From: Chloroflexota bacterium | GTDB taxonomy: Bacteria > Chloroflexota > Dehalococcoidia > JACPPT01 | Reading direction: 5' to 3' | Assembly: GCA_016190815.1 (NCBI GenBank) | Contig: JACPPT010000014.1 | Span: 1 to 44,533 of the forward strand | Length of the DNA stretch: 44,533 nt | Part shown: positions 37,597-44,533 of the stretch, piece by piece | Position numbering within the stretch: the stretch's first letter is position 1 | Layout: every line of letters begins with the position of its first letter | Position numbers and translations under genes: made by a program | The notes under the pieces: generated by a model | The model's database searches: none | Seen by the model: the letters and a program-made list of their open reading frames with translations, nothing else | What the model was told of the DNA's origin: nothing

Positions 37597-38370
37597 TTAC
37601 TTGAAGATTTCCCTTGCCTCTTGCAGGTTGGCTCTTCCGCCCCGGATCAGTAGTTGCATCGCCCCCTGGGTTATGTACTGGAACCCCCATTCCTTGCACC
37701 TTTTCAGGTCATCTATATTTCTGGCGACGGTTCCGGCTGCTTTTCCTGCGGCTCGAATTTCCTTGGCCAATTTCTGGATTAGCTCCAGAACTTCTGGATG
37801 GGTTGTCTGACCCGGATAGCCCATAGAGGTGGACAGGTCTGTGGGGCCAATAAAGAACACGTCGATCCCTGGGACGGTGAGTATCTCCGAGATGTTCTTT
37901 GATGCCTGCACAGTCTCAATCTGAACTACTACAAGCGTTTCTTCATTGGCCATTTTCACGTACTCGCCAGGAGTCCCCTTTAGCCCGTAGCCAGAGGCTC
38001 GAATACCCCCTGCAAACCCCCGGTCCCCCACAGGAGTGTATTTTACGGAATCTACCACCAGGCGGGCATCCGCCTTGGTATTGACGTGGGGTATTTGCAC
38101 TCCTAAGGAGCCTATGTCAAGGTGGCGTAGAATGACCTGGCGCTCTTTCTGTGCTACCCTGATTAGAGCAGGAATGCCTGCCACGTCTGCTGCCTGTACC
38201 ATTCTCTCGCAGGTCTCTATCCCCATGGAGGTGTGCTCTGCGTCAATGATGAGAAAGTCGTATCCTAGGTAACCTATCACCTCCACCACGGCAGCAGAGG
38301 GGATATTGGACATAATACCTAAAATAGTGCCCCCGGCCTTTAGTTTCTCCTTGGCTGTGTTCTTTCTCAT
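37597..38370 (-). CDS. HpcH/HpaI-family 2-keto-3-deoxy-acid aldolase
   Basis: 257 aa with FLIIDAEHT, VVQIETVQA and FFIGPTDLS, the signature segments of the family. Confidence 0.88.
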   Translation of the reverse strand: MRKNTAKEKLKAGGTILGIMSNIPSAAVVEVIGYLGYDFLIIDAEHTSMGIETCERMVQAADVAGIPALIRVAQKERQVILRHLDIGSLGVQIPHVNTKADARLVVDSVKYTPVGDRGFAGGIRASGYGLKGTPGEYVKMANEETLVVVQIETVQASKNISEILTVPGIDVFFIGPTDLSTSMGYPGQTTHPEVLELIQKLAKEIRAAGKAAGTVARNIDDLKRCKEWGFQYITQGAMQLLIRGGRANLQEAREIFK

Positions 38371-38408
38371 TGGGTGCTCCTTTTCACGGTATTTTTGAGG
38401 CCGATTGG

Positions 38409-38437
38409 AGTTTATCCTTTATACTGAGGCGAGTCAA
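38409..38437 (-). promoter_or_regulatory. candidate promoter of the aldolase gene
   Basis: Minus strand reads TTGACT (38437-38432), a 17-nt spacer, then TAAACT (38414-38409). GAAAAGGAG SD before the ATG. Confidence 0.4.
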
Positions 38438-38485
38438 GCTCAGAGCAAGGCCCATTCAAAAGTTCTGTCGTCTTTGGGAATGAAT

Positions 38486-39475
38486 CTAGAGTTCTTTCTC
38501 CCGAAGCCTGGCTTTGTACCAGGAGACTGTTCTGGACAGAGCCTCCTCTAACGGAGTATAGACAAGTCCCAGTTCCCGGGAGGCCCTTGTGCCATCAAAG
38601 CGAGCGCCGCGGCCCCCACCCCTAACCCATTCCGATGAAAGTGGAGGGCGTATGCCTAAAACAGGCAGGAGAAGCTCGGCTGAGCGGAGTCCTGTATAGG
38701 CCAGCCACTGGGGTATGACGAGCTTGGGTGTTGCTATCCCAGAGGCCCTGCTGAGGAGGCTGAAGAAGTCCCTTGTTGTAACGTTGGCTGAGGAAAGGAT
38801 GTACCTCTGGCCAACTTCCCCCTTCTCCATTGCCAGAATATGCCCTGTAGCGACATCGTCCACAAACACCAGCGCCCTGTAGCCTTGGGGGGAAAGGAGG
38901 GCAGGAATTCGCCTCTTGAGAAAGGCGTCTATCAGCCTGCCGAAGTTGCGATCTGCTGGGCCGAATACTGTGGAAGGGTTAACCACCACCACGGGCAAGC
39001 CGTTCTTGTAAAACTCCCACGCTACCTGCTCGCCCATATACTTGGAGTGCTCATAGGTTGTGAAAAAGTAACCCCTGTGCTGAGTTTCCTCCGTGCCTAT
39101 CTCCCCTACCCTTTGTCCTATAGCGGCTACACTGGAGGTATGAACTACCTTGCTAATATTCAAGTCCAGGGCTAGCTTGAGGACGTTCCTTGTGCCATCT
39201 GCGTTGACCTTATAGAAGAGCCTTTTATCTGGTAACCAGGGCGCTACAAGGCCAGCACAGTGGTAAAGAACCTCACAGGATGAGAGGACCTTCCGGAAGG
39301 AGTCCGGCTCCAGAATATCCCCCAGGACTATTTGGAGCCCTAGCTTGGAGAGGCGCTGGAAGTTGCTTGTGGGCCTGACCAGAGTTTTTACCTCTTCTCC
39401 CCTCTCAACGAGAAGTTCTGCCAGCCGTCCCCCTATAAAACCTGTTGCCCCGGTGATGAAAATCTTTTTTGCCAT
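38486..39475 (-). CDS. NAD-dependent epimerase/dehydratase (extended SDR)
   Basis: 329 aa with FITGATGFIGGRL, a YxxxK-type motif (YEHSKYMGE), and extended-SDR length. Confidence 0.85.
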   Translation of the reverse strand: MAKKIFITGATGFIGGRLAELLVERGEEVKTLVRPTSNFQRLSKLGLQIVLGDILEPDSFRKVLSSCEVLYHCAGLVAPWLPDKRLFYKVNADGTRNVLKLALDLNISKVVHTSSVAAIGQRVGEIGTEETQHRGYFFTTYEHSKYMGEQVAWEFYKNGLPVVVVNPSTVFGPADRNFGRLIDAFLKRRIPALLSPQGYRALVFVDDVATGHILAMEKGEVGQRYILSSANVTTRDFFSLLSRASGIATPKLVIPQWLAYTGLRSAELLLPVLGIRPPLSSEWVRGGGRGARFDGTRASRELGLVYTPLEEALSRTVSWYKARLREKEL

Positions 39476-39641
39476 CCCTCAAAACCTGCTAAGGATATAA
39501 GACATTCTAATACCTGAGAACTTATCTCCAACCTACTTATTATATCGCTTAGAGGATATACACTGCTGCTGAGCTTATTTGTGTTGTTTCCCATGCCTGA
39601 GTCCGAAGATGCTTGATTCCATCTCTCTTAAGCTTCAGTTG

Positions 39642-39650
39642 TGTTATAAT
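39642..39650 (+). promoter_or_regulatory. candidate extended -10 element for glgC
   Basis: TGTTATAAT (TGnTATAAT) about 48 nt upstream of the glgC ATG. No good -35 element. Confidence 0.4.
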
Positions 39651-39698
39651 AATTTTTGATTCCTCGAGTGCCAACCGAAGGTGTTTTGAAGGTGTTAT

Positions 39699-40982
39699 AT
39701 GAATAAAGTAGTCGCTATGATTCTGGCTGGTGGCGAGGGACACAGGCTTAGCATACTTTCTGCGGAGAGGGCAAAGCCTGCGGTTATCTTTGGCGGCAAG
39801 TATCGGATAATAGATTTCACCCTGAGCAACTGCGTGAACTCGGGTATATTTAAGGTTGGCGTTCTTACTCAATATCGGCCTCGCTCCCTCAACGATCACA
39901 TAGGAATAGGCAGGCCGTGGGACCTGGACAGGGCCAGAGGGGGAGTAACGCTTCTTCAGCCCTTTACGGGCAGAAGGAACTCAGACTGGTACAAAGGGAC
40001 CGCAGACGCAGTCTACCAGAATTCGTATTTTCTTGAAGAGGGTCAGGTGGAAGAAGCCCTCATCCTGGCGGGCGACCACGTTTACAAGATGCAATATAAC
40101 ACCATGGTGGCATTTCACAGGTTGAAGGACGCCGATGTAACAGTGGGAATTGTGGGGGTTCCACCAAAGGACGCATCACGCTTTGGCATCATAGCTCTTG
40201 ATGACGAGGATAAGGTGGTGGACTTTCAGGAGAAGCCCTCCCATCCCAAGAGCAATTTGGCTTCTATGGGCATATACGTTTTCAAAAAGCAAAGCCTTAT
40301 TGAAGCCCTTGCTGGGGATGCTAAGAGAAAGTCCGGCCATGATTTTGGGGGAGATATCGTGCCCAGCATGCTGGGTAGCAAGAAGATATATGGATACAGG
40401 TTCCGGGGCTACTGGCGGGATGTTGGCACTATTGACTCCTACTGGGAAGCCAATATGGAACTCCTTGCTCCCGACTCCCCCCTAGATTTGGCGGATGCGG
40501 AGAATGCTGTTAAGACCCAGTCTCAGGATAGGCCGCCAGCCAAGCTGGGTCCCAAGGCGAAGGTGAGCAACAGTCTTGTTTGCAGCGGTTGTGTCATCAA
40601 CGGAGAGGTTCGACATTCTGTGCTCTCTCCAGGAGTCAGGGTGGAGGAGGGGGTTCTGGTGGAGGACTCTATACTTTTTGACGACGTCAGAGTAATGAAA
40701 AAATCTGTTGTCCGGCGCTCCATAATAGATAAAGAGGTGTTGGTGGGAGAGGATACCCGCATAGGTTATAGCGAAGACTACACCCCCAACGAGGACGAAC
40801 CTAGGAGTCTGCACTCCGGCATAACCATCGTGGGCAAGAAGGTCAGAATTCCTGGTGGAATACGAATAGGGCGGAATTGCAAGATAAACGCAGGAGTGAG
40901 GGAGAGCGATTTCACCACCGATTTTGTTGCCAGCGGGAAGACCGTTGGCAGGCTTGAGGAGGTCATAGTATCCCCAACGTAG
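39699..40982 (+). CDS. glgC: glucose-1-phosphate adenylyltransferase
   Basis: 427 aa with [38 protein letters not shown] and a C-terminal beta-helix. Confidence 0.93.
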   Translation: MNKVVAMILAGGEGHRLSILSAERAKPAVIFGGKYRIIDFTLSNCVNSGIFKVGVLTQYRPRSLNDHIGIGRPWDLDRARGGVTLLQPFTGRRNSDWYKGTADAVYQNSYFLEEGQVEEALILAGDHVYKMQYNTMVAFHRLKDADVTVGIVGVPPKDASRFGIIALDDEDKVVDFQEKPSHPKSNLASMGIYVFKKQSLIEALAGDAKRKSGHDFGGDIVPSMLGSKKIYGYRFRGYWRDVGTIDSYWEANMELLAPDSPLDLADAENAVKTQSQDRPPAKLGPKAKVSNSLVCSGCVINGEVRHSVLSPGVRVEEGVLVEDSILFDDVRVMKKSVVRRSIIDKEVLVGEDTRIGYSEDYTPNEDEPRSLHSGITIVGKKVRIPGGIRIGRNCKINAGVRESDFTTDFVASGKTVGRLEEVIVSPT

Positions 40983-41005
40983 TTCACAAAGGGGACAAGG
41001 GGGGT

Positions 41006-42628
41006 GTGAAACCGGGCGCTTTCACCTTCGTCCTGCACAGCCATATCCCATATTGTCGTGGCGCTGGCCGCTGGCCTCACGGTGAAGAATGGCTTCACGA
41101 GGCTGTTTCTGGAACATACATTCCTCTCCTTGATGCCCTTTATGCATTGAGAAGAGAGGGGTGTCCCTTTAAGCTCACCATCAGCATCACTCCTGTCCTT
41201 TTGGAACAGCTTGACGACTCCATGGTGCTGGGGAATATCGGGGCCTTCGTGGAGGATAGGGCACAGAGGGCTGAGCAAGATGAAAAGCGCTTTGCGGCGA
41301 GGGGTGAGTCCGGCCTGGCATTTCTCGCCAGTCAACACGGGGAACGATACGAAGGCGTACTGCGGAGCCTGGAGGCCTACCAATGGAATTTGGTGGGAGC
41401 ATTCAAGCGCCTCCAGGACGAGGGCTTCGTTGAAATAGCGGGCAGTGCTGCCACCCACGGCTACCTACCCCTCCTTTCCCGTGACTCCTCTATCTACGGT
41501 CAGATAAAAATGGGGGTGGAAACATATCGCCGCCACTTTGGCAGGGCACCAAGAGCCTTCTGGCTTCCCGAATGTGGATACAGGGCAGGCCTTGAGACCT
41601 TCCTTGCGGAGCAGGGTCTCTCCCTATTTTTCAGCGAGACCCATGCTGTTGAAGGGGGTGAGCCTGTTGTTCCATATGAGCACCATTGCCAGATTGCGGT
41701 CAGCCCTGGGACTGTTTTAGTTGATACTCAGAGGAGCACCTACCAGCCCTACCGTGTGGGATCTTCACCCGTGGCTGTGATAGGCCGAAACAGTAGAACA
41801 GGAATGCAGGTGTGGTCGGCTCAGTGGGGCTACCCGGGGGACCCGTATTATCGAGAGTTCCACAAGAAGGATGGCACATCAGGCCTTCAATACTGGCGGG
41901 TAACTGGGAGCCACCTGGATTTGGGGCAGAAGGACTACTACATGCCGGAAAAGGCAACGGAGCGTGTCAATGAGCACATAGCTCATTTCTCCTCCCTTGC
42001 AGAGGAAAGCCTCGCTGAGTATCATCAAGGGACAGGCAGGTCCGGCATCATCGTTGCGGCCTATGACACCGAGCTTTTTGGACACTGGTGGTTCGAAGGA
42101 GTAGAGTGGATTAAGGGAGTGCTCAGGCGCTTGAGCCAGAGCGACGTTGTGGAATTAACTACAGCCAGCGAGTTTATTGCCAGCCATCCCATTGATCCAG
42201 GTGAACCTGGGTTGCGCCTTCCAGAAAGCTCCTGGGGGCAGAAGGGGGACCATTCCACTTGGCGAAATCGGGAAACGGAATGGATGTGGCTTATTATCCA
42301 CTCCGCAGAGGAAATGATGGAAAGGCTGGCAGATAAATATCCTGACGCAACGGGAGCGCTTCGAGATGTCCTGAACCAGGGGGCAAGAGAGCTCCTGCTA
42401 TTGGAATCCAGCGACTGGCCTTTCCTCATCACTACAGGCCAGGCCAAAGAGTATGCAGTCCGCCGTTTCAACGAGCACGCAGACCGCTTTGAGAAAATGG
42501 CAGGCATAGCTCAAAAGGGCACACCAGATGAACGGGATAAAGAACTCTGCCAACGGCTTTATGGGCAGGATAAACTCTTCCAAGATATAGACTACAGGTT
42601 CTTTCAAAGCAGAAGGAAAAGCCTCTAG
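41006..42628 (+). CDS. GH57-family 1,4-alpha-glucan branching enzyme
   Basis: 540 aa, GTG start, FTFVLHSHIPY...GEEWLHEA, ELFGHWWFEG, and a DUF1957-like C-terminus. Resembles the Thermus/Thermococcus GH57 branching enzymes. Confidence 0.85.
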   Translation: MKPGAFTFVLHSHIPYCRGAGRWPHGEEWLHEAVSGTYIPLLDALYALRREGCPFKLTISITPVLLEQLDDSMVLGNIGAFVEDRAQRAEQDEKRFAARGESGLAFLASQHGERYEGVLRSLEAYQWNLVGAFKRLQDEGFVEIAGSAATHGYLPLLSRDSSIYGQIKMGVETYRRHFGRAPRAFWLPECGYRAGLETFLAEQGLSLFFSETHAVEGGEPVVPYEHHCQIAVSPGTVLVDTQRSTYQPYRVGSSPVAVIGRNSRTGMQVWSAQWGYPGDPYYREFHKKDGTSGLQYWRVTGSHLDLGQKDYYMPEKATERVNEHIAHFSSLAEESLAEYHQGTGRSGIIVAAYDTELFGHWWFEGVEWIKGVLRRLSQSDVVELTTASEFIASHPIDPGEPGLRLPESSWGQKGDHSTWRNRETEWMWLIIHSAEEMMERLADKYPDATGALRDVLNQGARELLLLESSDWPFLITTGQAKEYAVRRFNEHADRFEKMAGIAQKGTPDERDKELCQRLYGQDKLFQDIDYRFFQSRRKSL

Positions 42629-42650
42629 AGAGGTAGGTACATAGATTCAG

Positions 42651-44105
42651 TTGAGCGCTCCCCTTAAGGTCCTGTTTATTGCAGCGGAGGCTAACCCTCT
42701 TGCGAAAGTGGGGGGGTTGGCCGATGTGGTGGGGTCTCTCCCTGCGGCCCTGGCAAAGCTGGGGCACGATGTGAGGATTGCGTTGCCTTACCATGCCAGC
42801 ATAGACCCCGGAGCATTCAGAATGGGTGCTGTATATAAGGGTCTGGAGGTAGCTCTTTTTGGACGCAAGGAGCAGGCGGATGTGCACAGGACGCACCTTA
42901 ACGGTGGCGTGCCCGTCTACCTCGTGGACAGCCTCAGGTACTTCCGAAGGGCAGTCTATGGCGAGCCGGATGACCTGGAGCGCTTTCTTTTCTTCTCTCT
43001 TTCCGCTCTAAAGGTTCCCAGGATGCTCTCCTGGAGACCAGATGTCTTTCATGCCCACGACTGGCATGCCGCCGCTGCTGTAAAATCCCTGGATTCTCTC
43101 CGCAGGCGGGATGCATTTTATGCGCCCTGCGCCTCCCTTTTCACCATTCATAACTTGCAGTACCAGGGCAACTTTGAAAAGGAATGGCTGAGGAGAGCTT
43201 TACAAGAGGACAGCAATGGTGATGAAGCAAACTGCATGATAGCCCTGGGCATACTTTATGCGGACGCCGTGAGCACGGTTAGCGAGAGCTATGCCAGAGA
43301 GATCACTACTCCGGAGTATGGCTTCGGCATGGAGAACCTTTTGCAGAGACGGCAAGACGGTCTATTCGGTATCGTGAACGGCATCGACTATGAAGAGCTC
43401 GACCCTGCCAAAGACCGACGAATCCCCTTCAACTATAGTGCTTCAAACCTGGAACCCAGGGCCCTCAACAAGAAGGCTCTGCAACAAAGGACAAACCTGC
43501 CGGAGAGGCCTGATGTTCCCGTGCTGGGGATGGTCTCAAGGCTGGCAGATCAGAAGGGAATAGACATTCTCATTCATGCTCTCAATACTCTTCTGGGAAA
43601 GGCAGATATTCAGTTCATCATTCAGGGCCTGGGAGAGAAGAAATACTATGACCTGCTGGGGGAGATTGTTTCTCGATACCCCCAGAAGGCCTGTGCCATA
43701 CATACTTTTGATCCCTCTCTTGCTCAGCTCATCTACGCCGGATGTGACATCTTCCTTATGCCGTCCCGTTTCGAACCCTGCGGGCTTGGGCAGCTCATCG
43801 CTATGCGATACGGGTCAATACCCCTGGTCCGAAGCACGGGAGGCCTCGCTGATACGGTGCAGGACTGTAGCCCTGACCTGAAGCGGGGCAACGGATTCGT
43901 CTTTAGAGGCTATAGTGCAGGAGAGCTTTGCGAGGTGGTGGAACGGGCGCTAAGGGCTTTCGCCAAGAAGAAGCAATGGCAAAAGCTTATGGTGAGAGCT
44001 ATGTCCGAGGACCACTCGTGGGAAGACTCAGCCAAGAAATACGAATCGCTCTACCGAAAGGCCATCGAACTCAAAAAGGCAAGAGAGGGTGGGAGAAGGC
44101 GATGA
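42651..44105 (+). CDS. glgA: glycogen synthase (GT5)
   Basis: 484 aa, TTG start, VLFIAAEANPLAKVGGLADVV, and a C-terminal PSRFEPCGL motif. Confidence 0.93.
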   Translation: MSAPLKVLFIAAEANPLAKVGGLADVVGSLPAALAKLGHDVRIALPYHASIDPGAFRMGAVYKGLEVALFGRKEQADVHRTHLNGGVPVYLVDSLRYFRRAVYGEPDDLERFLFFSLSALKVPRMLSWRPDVFHAHDWHAAAAVKSLDSLRRRDAFYAPCASLFTIHNLQYQGNFEKEWLRRALQEDSNGDEANCMIALGILYADAVSTVSESYAREITTPEYGFGMENLLQRRQDGLFGIVNGIDYEELDPAKDRRIPFNYSASNLEPRALNKKALQQRTNLPERPDVPVLGMVSRLADQKGIDILIHALNTLLGKADIQFIIQGLGEKKYYDLLGEIVSRYPQKACAIHTFDPSLAQLIYAGCDIFLMPSRFEPCGLGQLIAMRYGSIPLVRSTGGLADTVQDCSPDLKRGNGFVFRGYSAGELCEVVERALRAFAKKKQWQKLMVRAMSEDHSWEDSAKKYESLYRKAIELKKAREGGRRR

Positions 44106-44533
44106 TCTACTGGGCTCCCCTTTTCCATTTCTACCAGCCCCCTATCCAGATTCACCAGGTTCTTAGGAAAGTGTGCGAAGAGTCGTACAGGCCTCTTTTG
44201 GAGGTCTTTAAGCAGTATCCTCATGCTAAGGCTACGGTGAATATATGTGGTGTGCTCACCGAAATGCTATGGGAGAATGGCTTTGGGGACGTAATTCAAA
44301 GCCTGAAGGAGCTGGCAGAGAAGGGGCAGTTGGAGTTCACAGGCTCGGCTAAGTACCATCCAGTTCTGCCTCTGATCCCCAGGGACGAGATGAAGAGGCA
44401 GATAAGGCGCAACTATTTGACCAACAGGCATTTCTTTGGGGATGTCTACAGCCCCAGGGGCTTTTTCCCACCCGAGATGTGCTATAGCGATTCCATCATT
44501 GAACCTCTTTTGGAGGCACGTCACGAGTGGATA
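44102..44533 (+). CDS. second GH57-family glycoside hydrolase, 3'-truncated by the window edge
   Basis: Not in the ORF track because no stop lies in the window. ATGA overlap with glgA. Hand translation gives MIYWAPLFHFYQPPIQ...GQLEFTGSAKYHPVLPLIP...FFPPEMCYS, GH57 regions I/II-like. Open to position 44533. Confidence 0.8.
   Translation, partial: MIYWAPLFHFYQPPIQIHQVLRKVCEESYRPLLEVFKQYPHAKATVNICGVLTEMLWENGFGDVIQSLKELAEKGQLEFTGSAKYHPVLPLIPRDEMKRQIRRNYLTNRHFFGDVYSPRGFFPPEMCYSDSIIEPLLEARHEWI

Noticed and set aside
39549-39899. 116-aa minus-strand ORF
   Set aside because: It overlaps the glgC promoter, leader and first 67 codons, has no SD, and has a low-complexity, unrecognisable sequence.
40778-41458. 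226-aa minus-strand ORF
   Set aside because: It lies antisense across the glgC/GH57 junction, and both plus-strand genes are well supported.
1-44533. Search by eye for CRISPR arrays, IS/transposase/integrase genes, tRNA/rRNA genes and defence-system hallmarks
   Set aside because: None recognised. The only tandem repeat is the in-frame 3 x 18-bp unit at 28638-28692. The gene content is housekeeping and metabolic throughout.

Overview
This window is core chromosome from a compact bacterial genome of roughly 52% GC, with many overlapping genes. All calls were made by eye from the sequence and the ORF track; no searches were run.

(1) Positions 135-20346 (+) hold one uninterrupted ribosomal-protein superoperon of 37 genes. 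The order is rpsL-rpsG-fusA (no tuf), then the S10, spc and alpha blocks (including secY, adk, map, infA, rpmJ, which is missing from the ORF track, and rpoA), then rplQ-truA-rplM-rpsI. A candidate promoter lies in front and a bidirectional hairpin terminator at the end.

(2) Positions 31894-20343 (-) hold a promoter and a clear SAM-I (S-box) riboswitch with a terminator platform. A very tightly packed gene string follows:
- mtnA and mtnP
- a rhodanese
- a THEP1-type NTPase
- a 73-aa highly basic protein containing a 3 x 18-bp tandem repeat
- a 531-aa APH-like kinase fused to a P-loop kinase
- ahcY and metK
- GDP-mannose-type genes (NDP-sugar pyrophosphorylase, PMM/PGM, PGI/PMI)
- a small membrane protein

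(3) Directly upstream on the same strand are a HAD hydrolase gene and a promoter-led hpt-ade pair, which gives an adenine to hypoxanthine to IMP route.

(4) Positions 35452-39475 carry an archaeal-type glucose dehydrogenase, an OCD/mu-crystallin protein, an HpcH-type aldolase and an SDR epimerase.

(5) Positions 39699-44533 carry a glycogen cluster: glgC, a GH57 branching enzyme, glgA and a second GH57 gene truncated by the window edge.

I recognised no rRNA, tRNA, CRISPR array, transposase or integrase.

The part most worth following up is the riboswitch-led operon. It contains only the first two methionine-salvage enzymes plus four co-packed genes with no assigned role in SAM recycling. Most of the window is ordinary housekeeping sequence.
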